From: Thermoplasmatota archaeon | GTDB taxonomy: Archaea; Thermoplasmatota; Penumbrarchaeia; Penumbrarchaeales; Penumbrarchaeaceae | Assembly: GCA_029762535.1 (NCBI GenBank) | Contig: JARVGK010000001.1 | Location: 64,001 to 128,000 of the forward strand | DNA: 64,000 nt | Direction: 5' to 3' | Part shown: one piece after another, positions 35,556-46,100 of the stretch | How positions within the stretch are numbered: position 1 is the first letter of the stretch | How the letters are laid out: each line of letters starts with the position of its first letter | Made by a program: the position numbers and the translations under genes | Notes under the pieces: generated by a model | The model's input: only the letters and a program-made list of their open reading frames with translations | Told to the model about the DNA's origin: nothing | Database searches by the model: none

Positions 35556-37235
35556 TCAAAGGATCGATCCCACGGCGAACCTTGCCAGGAACGCAGATAT
35601 CGCTGCGCACCACAGGAGTCCCGGGAGATGGATGAGCGCGATCATCCTGTTGCTGCCCCGGAACCTCCTTGCCGATTCGACGGAGAACAGTATGTGGACC
35701 ATCACGACCATCAGTATGGCGATCATGAGTATTATCTCGAGGTTCGCAACATCCTTCAACAGGACCAATCCCTGAAGGTTCTCAACGGATCCCGACAGAT
35801 CGCTCAGCGACTCCAGCCTCTTTAGCATCTCCTCCACTACACCTTCGATAAGGAACAATCCCCCAGAGATGAACAGGGTAAGTCCATACAGGATCGCCGT
35901 GAAGTTGTCTGCCATCAGGTATCTTCTCTTCCTTAGGGATGCCAGGCTCGTGAAGTATGTAGAGACCATCGATGAAACGTCCTTGGGGTTGCCACCGGAC
36001 CTCACTCCGTCCAGGTAAGTGTTCATGAACTGGGATATCAGCTCGGAGCGGCTCTCTCTAACGAACATGTTCCACGCCCCTTCCTGATCTATTCGAGTCT
36101 CGAGCCGGTCGTAGAGGTTACGCACCTGCTCTGTCAATGCCCCGAAATCGTGCCATCTCAACCTCTTGATGACGGATAGAGGGATCCCGCCCTTGCTCTC
36201 GGCGGCGGTTCCCAGTATGCGTATGAAGGCACCGAAGGCCTCATCTCGCCTCGTTATGGTCCTCTCCTCCTTGAGTATGACGATTCCCGGAACGAGAAGC
36301 GGGGTCGCGATCACGGCAAGGTGTATGAGAGCATGTTCCAGGGAAGGCCCGATAAAGACGGTTATGATCGCGAGAATGGAAGAGGAGATCAGTGCTAAGG
36401 CAAGGGTTATCCTGTACCTTCTGATGAAGGCCGATGTGGCAATGGATGCCCCTGTCCCGAACCATATGGATTCGCCGGGCATGGTCTGGTCCACGACTAT
36501 CCAGAGTATGATCTCCACAAGGATGAAGATGAACACGATGAGGAAGGATATGAGGTAATGATTGATCCCGACCATCATGGACAGTATCACGAGCATCACG
36601 TTGAGGAACATCGTGACGGACACCATGGAGATGTAGACCTCCCTCACGACTTCGATCCTGTCCAGAGTGTTCGAGTACCGGCTCTTGAACTCTTCCAGGG
36701 CGGCCTCCTGCTCGTTCCTGAAGAAGGCCTTGGGATCCTCATCGGTCTCTATGGCATAGGCCATCCGCTCCATGAAATCCCCCAATCTGCTCGATGGGGT
36801 CTTCTTGGATACGATCCTCAGTGCCTCCGGGATCGATATCTTCCATTTCCCCGAGAGCACCCTCACCTTCTCGAGCTCCCAGGTTATCGCAGAGGAACCG
36901 TCCCGGTCCCTGGCCGCATGCTCGTAGATGGACTTTCTCGTCGAGGATGAGAGAGAAAGCACCCCGATCCTGATGATGAAAAGATGCAGCTGGTCATCTA
37001 TCTCGCTCTTCCTCTTCTCTCTCAGTACGAGCGGGAACAGAAGTGCCGAGGAAGAGGCGAGCGCCACCAGTGCGATGAGCAAAAGGAGCGGAGGACCTGT
37101 GAGGAATACGCCCGGCAGGGCCAACATGAGAACGAGCGATAGTATTATCGCCGAGGCGGCAGCGGGCAGTACCCTCTTGAGCATCCACTGACCAGGCTCC
37201 ATGTCCAGATCGGCGTAAGCCTCTCTAATCCCCGT
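35556..37235 (-). CDS. arlJ: archaellar platform protein ArlJ (FlaJ)
   Basis: Multi-TM T2SS-F/TadC-like protein (TPS.RLGDFMERMAY, DFGAL), last gene of the arl operon. The first in-frame ATG after arlI is 37202, and an RBS-positioned ACG sits at 37235. Confidence 0.9.
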   Translation of the reverse strand, partial: TGIREAYADLDMEPGQWMLKRVLPAAASAIILSLVLMLALPGVFLTGPPLLLLIALVALASSSALLFPLVLREKRKSEIDDQLHLFIIRIGVLSLSSSTRKSIYEHAARDRDGSSAITWELEKVRVLSGKWKISIPEALRIVSKKTPSSRLGDFMERMAYAIETDEDPKAFFRNEQEAALEEFKSRYSNTLDRIEVVREVYISMVSVTMFLNVMLVILSMMVGINHYLISFLIVFIFILVEIILWIVVDQTMPGESIWFGTGASIATSAFIRRYRITLALALISSSILAIITVFIGPSLEHALIHLAVIATPLLVPGIVILKEERTITRRDEAFGAFIRILGTAAESKGGIPLSVIKRLRWHDFGALTEQVRNLYDRLETRIDQEGAWNMFVRESRSELISQFMNTYLDGVRSGGNPKDVSSMVSTYFTSLASLRKRRYLMADNFTAILYGLTLFISGGLFLIEGVVEEMLKRLESLSDLSGSVENLQGLVLLKDVANLEIILMIAILMVVMVHILFSVESARRFRGSNRMIALIHLPGLLWCAAISAFLARFAVGSIL

Positions 37236-37239
37236 TCTG

Positions 37240-38856
37240 TCACCCCCTGAGGTTCCTCGGAAGCCCCTCCCAACCTCTGTCCGAATACCTGCGGAATATC
37301 GAGTTAACCTCGTCGTATCCTGTGATCCCGGACTCGACCATGGACCGTATGACCCTCTCACGGCGGTCCAATTCGGAATAAATGTCCTTGGCGAAGTCGA
37401 GCCCCATCTTGGGGGCGATCTTGTGCTCCAGGATGTAGGAGTTGTACATCCCTGTGAAATAATGGGTGTCCCTGACCGGATCCCATTCGAACACGGTCCT
37501 GGTGAGAATTCCTCCCCTCTCTTTGGAGTATTTTATCATTTCCTCTATGGCGCTGCATCTCCTGATGATCCTCCCCTCCTTGTAGACGATCTCCTGGAAC
37601 AGCGCCACGTTCATGTTGTCGATGAAACGTATCGGGACGTTGATGGGATCCCCCGTGAACCGCTGGATCATCTTGTCGATCGAGGAGGCGTGGAACGTGG
37701 ATAGTACGCTGTGCCCCGTCTGCATCGCCTGGAAGGCTCCGCTGCCCTCCTCTCCCCTGACCTCCCCGATTATTATGTAGTCTGGCCTGGACCTCAAGGC
37801 GGTCTTGACGAGGTCGAACAGCTCGACCTTCGCCCCCTCGAAAACCGTCTCCCTAGTGATCAGCCTTTGCCATATATCATGAGGTACCACTACCTCGGGC
37901 GTGTCCTCAGCAGAATATATCTTCTTTCTAAAATTTATGAAGGACAGCAGGGAGTTCAGTGTGGTGGTCTTGCCGGAGGCTGTCTCTCCCGAGATGAACA
38001 TGGACATGCCGTACTCCAGGCATATCCAGAGGTATGCGGCCATCTTTGCGGAGAAAGTGCCCCATTTAACGAGCTGGGGCATGGTTGGGGGCTTCTCGTA
38101 GAACTTCCTGACGGTGAAGCTCGCCCCCTCCTTGGAGACGTCCTCCGAGTAGATGATATTGATCCTGGAACCGTCGGGCAGAGCCCCGTCGACTATCGGT
38201 CTCGCGTCGGTGACGGGTCTGCCGATCCTCTCGGCGGTGGATCTGATGAAATCGTCCAGTTCCTGTTCCGTTCGGAAACGCAGGTTGGTCCTCAGCATTC
38301 CGAATATCTTGTGGACAACGGATATGTTCTTCAGACCAACAGCATGTATGTCCTCGAGATAGGGGTCCATGAGCAGGGGCTCGATCACACCTCCCCGTAT
38401 CAGGTCTCTCTTCAATCCGTACAGGATCCCTTGAACCTCTTCACGGTCGATGACGGTCCTCTTACGTCGAAGTCTGTCCAGGAAGGTCCGGCCCTCGCCC
38501 CGGAATTGAACCGTATCTCTGAACAGCCCTTCGAGGAGCTTTTCAATATCCTCCTCGCTGCCCTTGTGAAGGGGCGCCATCTCCAAGATGTTGGACTTGA
38601 TCTCCTGTATCTTGATCATGGCGTCGTCCGGCAGCGTCGGCTGGATCACGGTGTATTCCCTCTCGTCACCATCGACCTCATGGATGTGGACGAAGACCGG
38701 GTCGCCAAGAGGATATATCAGGTCAGGAGACCTGAGGGTGGAGAGGTCCTCTCCCAATCTTTCCTGGAAGAAAGGTGTCGGAAGGTTTCGGGACCTCAGC
38801 GATTCCTGATAGGACTTGAGATGCGGGTTCTTCGATGCGGCCTCCTCCATATCCAT
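37240..38856 (-). CDS. arlI: archaellar motor ATPase ArlI (FlaI)
   Basis: NPHL..Y, IYPLGDPVFVHI, GETASGKTT, LRSRPDYIIIGEVRG, MQTGHS.STFHA. Confidence 0.96.
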   Translation of the reverse strand: MDMEEAASKNPHLKSYQESLRSRNLPTPFFQERLGEDLSTLRSPDLIYPLGDPVFVHIHEVDGDEREYTVIQPTLPDDAMIKIQEIKSNILEMAPLHKGSEEDIEKLLEGLFRDTVQFRGEGRTFLDRLRRKRTVIDREEVQGILYGLKRDLIRGGVIEPLLMDPYLEDIHAVGLKNISVVHKIFGMLRTNLRFRTEQELDDFIRSTAERIGRPVTDARPIVDGALPDGSRINIIYSEDVSKEGASFTVRKFYEKPPTMPQLVKWGTFSAKMAAYLWICLEYGMSMFISGETASGKTTTLNSLLSFINFRKKIYSAEDTPEVVVPHDIWQRLITRETVFEGAKVELFDLVKTALRSRPDYIIIGEVRGEEGSGAFQAMQTGHSVLSTFHASSIDKMIQRFTGDPINVPIRFIDNMNVALFQEIVYKEGRIIRRCSAIEEMIKYSKERGGILTRTVFEWDPVRDTHYFTGMYNSYILEHKIAPKMGLDFAKDIYSELDRRERVIRSMVESGITGYDEVNSIFRRYSDRGWEGLPRNLRG

Positions 38857-38866
38857 CGATCACACC

Positions 38867-39574
38867 TCATGAAACCGTTGTTATATCGACGATGAAACCT
38901 GCCCGGGGCTCGATCCTGAAACCGACCGCCGTGCTCACCGGCCCGTGCGCATGCGAATATCTGGTCACGTAGAAAATATGCTCGACCTCGCCCTCCACTA
39001 TCTGGGTCTTCAGTTCTATCAGTATATCGGCGACGGACCTGAAGGGTCCGATGATCTCGGGGGGGAGGTCCAGAGGGTCCATGGCCAGCATGATGGTCTT
39101 GTTCCTGCCCGTAATCTTCTTCAGAAAGGAGATGGTCGAGATCGATCTCGCCTCGTCTATGTCGTTCATGACCAGGGCGGAGAAGGTGTCTATCGCTATG
39201 ACCTCGGTGTCGAAGAGCGACGACGTGCTGGTGAGCCGCTGCAGGAAATCGGTCCTCTTCTTGGCCTTGCCTATCAGGGGAAAAACAGGAACCAACCTCA
39301 TTGATCCGTCCAATACATGCTTCTTGACGGGATAATCGAGCGAATCCATCTGGTCAAGGAAACCCTTCGTCGTCGTCTCAGTGGATATAAGCGTCATTGA
39401 ATGCCTGTGTAGTAGCAGCCCGTATGCGAGCCTCTGGATCAGGGCCGATTTTCCGCTGCCCACTCCCCCTGACACGACGATCAATGTCCCCTTTGGAAGC
39501 CCGCCCCCCAGATGCCTGTGGAGTCCGTCCCTCTCGAAATCGAACCTAAGCAGGGAAGGACGCGAGATGTTCAT
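38867..39574 (-). CDS. arlH: archaellar RecA/KaiC-like ATPase ArlH (FlaH)
   Basis: LHRHLGGGLP.G, GGVGSGKS..QR.AYG, ISTE, IAIDT, FRIEP..G. Confidence 0.93.
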   Translation of the reverse strand: MNISRPSLLRFDFERDGLHRHLGGGLPKGTLIVVSGGVGSGKSALIQRLAYGLLLHRHSMTLISTETTTKGFLDQMDSLDYPVKKHVLDGSMRLVPVFPLIGKAKKRTDFLQRLTSTSSLFDTEVIAIDTFSALVMNDIDEARSISTISFLKKITGRNKTIMLAMDPLDLPPEIIGPFRSVADILIELKTQIVEGEVEHIFYVTRYSHAHGPVSTAVGFRIEPRAGFIVDITTVS

Positions 39575-39575
39575 A

Positions 39576-40067
39576 TCAGACCTCCCTTATCCTGAACGTG
39601 ATGGTGTCCAGTGCGGACCCCCTTGGAGCCCCCCCTTCCGTGAGGCCCGATGTGGATGCCCATCCGCTGTAATCGGCGCCTTCCACGAGGCCCCCTGCCT
39701 CGAAGGTGACCTGGACAACGGACCCGGGCACCCATATAGACCCACCGCCTACTATCAGGACCAGGGTCCCATTGCCTCCGGATACCGTTCCGTTTGCCGA
39801 AACTATGACGTCCTGAACGGAGAGCTCCGAGGATCCCGTGTTCTTGATATAGAAGGTCAGGTTCTGAGATATATTATCGTACGGCACCATGCCCGGGTCG
39901 TTAACGATGGTCAGAGAGGATGTCATGTCCGCCCTCAGTAGGGCGGCCTCGTCCCTGAGGCCCTTTGAGTAGTTGTCGGCGACATCAATGAAGGCCACCG
40001 CCACGGCGGACGATACTATCAAGGCCGCGACAAAGAAGATCAGTTCGGATATAGCGGTCCCTGCCAT
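39576..40067 (-). CDS. arlG: archaellar protein ArlG (FlaG)
   Basis: MAGTAISELIFFVAALIVSSAV, IVNDP, YIKNTG, W.PG. Confidence 0.9.
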   Translation of the reverse strand: MAGTAISELIFFVAALIVSSAVAVAFIDVADNYSKGLRDEAALLRADMTSSLTIVNDPGMVPYDNISQNLTFYIKNTGSSELSVQDVIVSANGTVSGGNGTLVLIVGGGSIWVPGSVVQVTFEAGGLVEGADYSGWASTSGLTEGGAPRGSALDTITFRIREV

Positions 40068-40076
40068 GTGGATCCC

Positions 40077-40505
40077 TCATGTCTCCTCGATGTCGCCCGC
40101 GTTCAAGTGCCGTGCGATGCCGAAGGGCCCTACTACCCTGGCCGATAGGGGTTTCGATACGTTATCGAACGAGTATATCGCCGTGTACCCCGGGTAGATG
40201 AGAGGACCCCCTTCGTAGGAAGGGGCGGCCAGGACTCCGTCGAGCAGGAACTGGAACCCCCCTCCTTCGATGGGATCGGAGCCCGAATTGAACAATTCTA
40301 TTTCGAGATCACGTGTCGTGTTGTTGTAATTCGCTCCATCTATCGAGAAATCCGTGTTCCTTATGGATATGGCGCTTTCCTTGAGATCCTCCCTGGCCTG
40401 CCTGAGGTCCCCTACCGCGCTGTCGATGTGCGGTTGAGAGACCGCCAATCCTACCACGGCCCCCATAAGGACAATGGCCAACCCGATGGAACCTCCAGAG
40501 GACAT
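40077..40505 (-). CDS. arlF: archaellar protein ArlF (FlaF)
   Basis: N-terminal TM, NT.F.I...Y, NSGS, LLDG, YPG, VV..FG; lies between arlCDE and arlG. Confidence 0.75.
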   Translation of the reverse strand: MSSGGSIGLAIVLMGAVVGLAVSQPHIDSAVGDLRQAREDLKESAISIRNTDFSIDGANYNNTTRDLEIELFNSGSDPIEGGGFQFLLDGVLAAPSYEGGPLIYPGYTAIYSFDNVSKPLSARVVGPFGIARHLNAGDIEET

Positions 40506-40511
40506 GTCATA

Positions 40512-41366
40512 TCACCTTCTATCCCCTCTGATCTTCTTGATGAAATCCAGGGATTGTATGTGGTCCTCTGCATCCAGCTTCCACGTCACCTTGCGCTCTC
40601 CCTCGCCCGCTCTCGGTGGCGATGCGATCCCCTTTGCGATGTTGAACACCTTGTCAACGATCCTCTGGTCTACCCAGTTCATCTCCGAATAGTATTCGAG
40701 TGTACGCTCGAGGCCCTCCTTCCCTACTCGGTCTATGAGGAATTTTGTCCATCGAAGCAGCCATTCGTCCGAGTCCATTATGTCGTCCTCGAAACATTCC
40801 TCAATATCCTCGAACACATCCCGGGCTTCGACGACCTTTCCCGAGGGGGCTTCGCCCTTGACAGCGGGCGATACGGAAGCTCCGAGGGGTGGTATGTCGA
40901 TGAACGGATTGATGCTGGATGAGATCATGTCGTAAAGCCCGGAGAGCTCGCTGACCGTGGACTCGATGTCCTTGAGGGAGTTCCTGAGACCCTCCAGGCT
41001 GCGGAGAAGGTAATTCACCCGCTCCATCTCCGAGCGCATGTCCTTCACCTCGGCCTCGAGCTTGGAGCTCGTGTGTTTGAGGTCCTCCATCACCTCCCGG
41101 GTCCTCCTCAGATCGTCCTCGAGCTTGAATATCTGCTGGGCGCTGGGGCCCTGGAATCCCGCCATCTGCCCCCTGCTCGGGACCTTGGGGAAGGAGGTCG
41201 GTCCAGTTGCAGAAGTGGACTCGGGCGATTCCACAACAGGCTTTACCTTCCTTCCGCTGATGAGCGGGGGCTCCATTCGAACCTCGTATCGCTTGATCTC
41301 GCCTGAGGCTACCTTGTCGGAGGACTCGATAACGAACTCCTCCTCTTCGACCTTCTTCTTGGCCAT
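40512..41366 (-). CDS. archaellar switch protein ArlCDE-type fusion (FlaC coiled coil plus FlaD/E domain)
   Basis: Coiled coil ending LYDMISSSINPF (FlaC-like), then LRWTKFLIDRVG...LEYYSEMNW...L.AEDHIQSL.FI (FlaD/E-like). Confidence 0.85.
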   Translation of the reverse strand: MAKKKVEEEEFVIESSDKVASGEIKRYEVRMEPPLISGRKVKPVVESPESTSATGPTSFPKVPSRGQMAGFQGPSAQQIFKLEDDLRRTREVMEDLKHTSSKLEAEVKDMRSEMERVNYLLRSLEGLRNSLKDIESTVSELSGLYDMISSSINPFIDIPPLGASVSPAVKGEAPSGKVVEARDVFEDIEECFEDDIMDSDEWLLRWTKFLIDRVGKEGLERTLEYYSEMNWVDQRIVDKVFNIAKGIASPPRAGEGERKVTWKLDAEDHIQSLDFIKKIRGDRR

Positions 41367-41387
41367 GTGAGATTCTCCACCTGCCCG

Positions 41388-42017
41388 TCATTCCAGTAGC
41401 GATACGATCCCACCGGTCGGATACGCGCTCGGCGTCCTGAAGAAATCATACCTCTGATGGCCGGATGTGGTCACATGGGTGTATATCTCAAGGGTTGAGG
41501 CTGGCGGGAGAGCTGTGAGGGCCGTTGAGAGGTCGACCGTCAGGACCAGACGTGCCCTCTCCCCCAGTATGTACCTGGGCGGGGTCGCCGTGGGGTCATA
41601 CTGGTTCAGCGGGTCCAGCACCTCGTCCGTGGCGAAGAACTGTGCGGTAGCCTGAGTGGGGGATGCGGTGTTGAACGTAAGGTCCGTAGATACCGCGTTC
41701 CCGGTCGTTGGTGTAACCAGGATGTGCAGGACTAGGTCCCTCATATCGACCCCCTCGGAACCGTAAAGGTCCATGTACAGGTCTATCGAAACGACGTTGG
41801 AACCGCTTACGGTCCCTTCTGCTATCATTATCATCGGCGCGGCCCTGACCAGTTTGACGGCGTCCTGCTTCGCTGACTGGGCCTTCTCCTCCAGGTCCTC
41901 AGCGGTCGCTATGATCACAGCTGCGGCAATAGCCGCTACCAGTATAAGGGCGATGAAGATTATCAATGTCCCTATCCCGATAGCGCCGGTATCTCTCTTC
42001 CAGTGCATCCTTTTCAT
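41388..42017 (-). CDS. arlB: archaellin ArlB (FlaB)
   Basis: Class III signal peptide ...KRDTG/AIGIGTLIIFIALILVAAIAAAVII. Confidence 0.92.
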   Translation of the reverse strand: MKRMHWKRDTGAIGIGTLIIFIALILVAAIAAAVIIATAEDLEEKAQSAKQDAVKLVRAAPMIMIAEGTVSGSNVVSIDLYMDLYGSEGVDMRDLVLHILVTPTTGNAVSTDLTFNTASPTQATAQFFATDEVLDPLNQYDPTATPPRYILGERARLVLTVDLSTALTALPPASTLEIYTHVTTSGHQRYDFFRTPSAYPTGGIVSLLE

Positions 42018-43132
42018 GTGTCTTCCTCCATATTTTTTTTCTTAAGCTTCTTATCAATAATTCCGTCCCCGCCTATAATGTCCGGATAGGCGTACGGGCT
42101 CATGATCATCATGTCGATCTCATTTTCATCGGGCGATAACTCAGCGGTCCCCGCTTCTCCCTTTGGTGCCGTAAGGTTCTCGTCCTCTTCCTCCCAGGAC
42201 ACGACATCCTCATCCATGACCTCAGGGTCCATATCGACGGACCGCACTACAGGCCTCTCCTCCACCGTGAAATCGTCCTCGTCAAGGACGATCACCCTCT
42301 CCTTGGCCGCAGGGGCGTCCTCCTGTGCCCGAGCGAACGTCGGCGTATCGAGCTTGAACTCGACGGTAGCGGATCCGAAGGGCTCGATCGATGTTATGAC
42401 CGCACCCGGCGGGTCCGGAACGAGGCCGCCGGGCGGTTTCGGGGATAGCCGAACGTCCCTGATGATCTGGTCGCTGTTGTTCTCTATGGTTATGTGGTAG
42501 GAGGCCCTCCCCTGCCTGGATGAGAAGGCGGTGCGGAGTATTATGCCCGCATCCTTTAGGAGATGCCCTTCTATTCCGATGTTCCAGTTAGGATCGGTGG
42601 GATGGAGAATGAATGTGGATTCCTTGTATTCTTTGGGGCCTATCATTCCGAAGAGCCTTTCCTCGACGTTGCGGAACAGTCCTTCATCAAAACTTGGCCT
42701 GATTATTATCTCTCCAAGGGGCTCGGAAGACGGGTTCTCTATCCTTACGGTATAGTTGATGGCATTTCCGGTCCAGATCGCCGCCGTCAGTATGTCCACG
42801 TTCCTGTTGAGCAACGGGAAAGGCGTATAGGTCGCCCTGTTCAGTGCCTTTCTCAACGTCTTTAACCTGTCAAGGGCGTTCTGGTAATCCGCCCTCAGGG
42901 CGGTATCCCTTGATGAGTCGATGATGCGCCTCGCCTCATTGACATCGTATCCGCTCTCCTCCATGAGGTCGGTCCTCTCCCGGGCCTTCTTCAACAGCTC
43001 CATGAACCTGCGGTGAAGGGATTGGGTCTCATCGATGAGGGATCCGGCCTTCTTCGAAAGCCTCGCCGCTTTGATGAAATTACCGACCGCCAACTCCTGC
43101 CTGGCCTGCTCGATCAGCTCCTGAGGGTTCAA
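42014..43132 (-). CDS. hypothetical cytoplasmic protein: helical N-terminus, two Ig-like domains, acidic tail; coupled to arlB
   Basis: No signal peptide. Two V/I.IEN.S...I....P...I.P....F.L units. Stop overlaps the arlB start (ATGA). Confidence 0.7.
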   Translation of the reverse strand: MNPQELIEQARQELAVGNFIKAARLSKKAGSLIDETQSLHRRFMELLKKARERTDLMEESGYDVNEARRIIDSSRDTALRADYQNALDRLKTLRKALNRATYTPFPLLNRNVDILTAAIWTGNAINYTVRIENPSSEPLGEIIIRPSFDEGLFRNVEERLFGMIGPKEYKESTFILHPTDPNWNIGIEGHLLKDAGIILRTAFSSRQGRASYHITIENNSDQIIRDVRLSPKPPGGLVPDPPGAVITSIEPFGSATVEFKLDTPTFARAQEDAPAAKERVIVLDEDDFTVEERPVVRSVDMDPEVMDEDVVSWEEEDENLTAPKGEAGTAELSPDENEIDMMIMSPYAYPDIIGGDGIIDKKLKKKNMEEDT

Positions 43133-43146
43133 CTTCTGGACAGCGT

Positions 43147-46100
43147 TCAGGCGAACCCCTCCTTTATCTCCTTGTTAAGCCTTTCGAGTTGATCTGAAAC
43201 GTTTGATAGATAGGCCAGGCTCCTCTTCTTCAGGAACAGGGTCGATATCTGAAGCGTCAGAGCAGCGACGACGGATATGAGGACCATGGACCATACGGGG
43301 ATCCATGCCGTCGAATCGAGGAACGATAGCGGGATGCCAGATAGGCCGTTCTCGTTGATGTAGGAAGGCCAAAGCCATATGGCCAGGGGTAGAAGCGACA
43401 GCATCGTCCCTCCTGCGAGGGAGACCCCGATCGGGATCAGAGGTGTCCGAATGGGGCCGCCAGTTCTCATCTGGTCCTTTTGCCCCTGGTATCCCATCAG
43501 ATGCCTGATGTATTCGTTCCCGGACCTTGTGAGCAGGAATATCATCAGGGGAAGGATGATCACAAGGTCGACCAATATTATTGCGGCCCCGAAGGTGTTC
43601 GCCAAGAGGATATTCCCTCTGGATTCGAAAGGAAGATAGAAGAGTATCGCCAAAACCCCTGATAGGCCGATCGAGAAGGGGAGCAGGTAGAGGCTTCTCC
43701 ACCTGCCGCCGGAGAGATACCCTATCAGACCCGCAGCGGCTATGATGAGCAGCAGGGCGAACAACCCAACGGTTATCGGAAGAGGGGGCGAATAGTTCAT
43801 TATTGCCACACTCCTGGATAACACGTTGTTCGATTCGGCCTCCCCCCTTCCCGTGACAGTATTCTCCACCACTTCATCCTCCGGGTCTATGACGATGCGG
43901 ATATCGAGGTCGCGCCCTTTCTCGTACCAGAGAAGCCCGGGTATGTCGAACTCGACCTCCAGGAATAGGGGCGAATGCATGTCGTAGCTATCGGCGGGCA
44001 TAGCTGGCCCTATCGTGTATGAACCCGCCTCGACCCCGTCGACCAGGACCATGACGGGAATGGACCCCTGGTTCCTGTTTCCGGTCGTTACGAACCTGAG
44101 AGTGGCCCCCCCCCTCTCTCCCTCGTAGAGATCGAAGAAGGTGGAGGCTTCCGCATCAATGAAGATATCGAAGAAGACAGCCCTGGCCAGCGAGATGTGC
44201 GATCTCGTCTTGCCAGCGCCTCCTTCGAGGTCTATGTTGATCCTCGCGTATGGGGATCCATCCACCAGGTCGTCCGGAGCGGTGAGGACGATCTCCATGT
44301 CCCTGTATTCGTAAAGCTGAGTGAGTATGACGGAGAGCCTGTTCTGATCGATCATCCAACCCCGGCTGAAGTCTCCCTCCTCGAAGAGGTACGAAGAAAG
44401 GGTATAATTCTTCTGTAGGGGGAATCCGAGCACCGGGACCTCACCTGGATCTGGCATGTTGCATATCCTTAGTTTCATCGCTGAGGATCGGCCCAGGTCC
44501 ACGTCCAGGGTCTCCGATAGGACCCTTGACATAACGACGAAAGCGTAGAGACGGACCGATCTGTAGGAGAGCCCGTCCCCTGCATAGGCGGATACGCTCA
44601 CGGCCACCTCCTCCTCGTAAAGGGGAAGGTCGTCCGGGTCCGGGTTTATGGTGAGTTCAAGTGGGTAGATGGCGAATGGGTCCTGCTCGGTCGCGCTGCT
44701 GTTGATACTGGACCATTTAAGGTACCTTGACTCCGCCTCGATCTCCGCGCTCAATAGATCGGGGCCGTTCCCCCTGTTCTCGATAAAGAGGGAAAAGGAC
44801 ACATCCTCGCCCGGGAGAACGTCCTTGGTGGACATCTCACCGGTGCGAAGGAAGATGCTCGACCTGTAGGCCTGCAGGACCCCAACGGACAGCTGGATAT
44901 CGACCTTGCTGTCCCTGTCCCTTCTCGGAACGACCTCGAGGGTGGATACGACCTTCTCCATCGCACGTATCCTCAACAAGGACAGGTCATCGTTCGAGTT
45001 CGCCTCGGCGATTTCGGGAAGGGTAAGGTTCACGCGAACGAATTCCCTGCGCCCTCTGGGTATCTGCACTGACCTGACATCCTCAAGGGAGCCCGTCGAA
45101 ATGGTATGGCTCCAACTATCCGCGTCGTTCGTCAGGGCCAGGTCGAAGGTATCGTTGCCGTTCCCGTCGTTCTGTATCTCCACCTCGAACGATGCGAAAT
45201 CTCCAGGTACCTTCCATACCTCGGTCGGCGTGTTCGCCTTTAACGTGACACCGGCTATGTATCTAACCGTCACGTTGATGAACACCTCGTCAAAGGCCGT
45301 CGGTGATATCAACGAGGCCGCCTTGACCTTCAGTGAAAGCTCCTGGTCGGCGGAGGCCTCGGATGAAGGCGTCACCAATACCCTGAAGGACCTGGACCGT
45401 CCCGGCTCGAGGTCAAAGGTGGACTCCTCGAAGTCCACTGTCCAGCCGGACAAGGCAGGCTGCGATAGCTGGACCATGATGCTATCGATGCCGTTGCCCA
45501 GATTGGTTAGGTTGAGCATCGATGAAACGGTCTCGTCCGGATAGGCCTCGATCTCCGTGGATTCCGGCTCGAGGTCCAGTGCGAAACCCTGTTTCACGGT
45601 TATCGTGACTGACGCCCTCCTCTCAAGGGAGGGTTCGGTCAGGGAGTTCACCCTGAGCGTAACGTTGACCCTCTCACCTATTGGAGCGCCTCTGGGAACG
45701 GTGACCTGTACCCATACGATCGAGGAATGATGACGGGACTGAGTGTCGTAGAGATATGGGAGCAGTGGTCCGAACGAGCTGCCCTGCGGGAAGTTCAGAA
45801 GCCAATCCATCGGAAGCTTCACGGAACCAGGCAACGGGATCGCCGCGGCGCTGCTCCGATAAGAGTCCCAGGTATTCCCCGTATTGGTCACATTGAATGG
45901 GAGGAGCAGCCGGTCCCCGGGAGCCCCCTCCTTCCAGTCAGGGATCCCGTTCCCGTCGGAATCGGATTCGGGATCCTGCTCGGAGAAGAATGCCCATTCG
46001 GGGGGGGATATTGTGAAATCGATCAGCGGTCTTACGAAAACGGAGACCGTACCGGTCTTGGGGATCGACATGCCGTCGAAGGTCTCGTTGATGATGGGGG

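Noticed and set aside
37711-38895. Long antisense or alternative-frame ORFs (394 aa opposite arlI, 295 aa opposite cysS, 298 aa at 34650-35546, and others)
   Set aside because: Shadow ORFs expected from GC-rich codon usage, with no motifs and overlapping well-supported genes.
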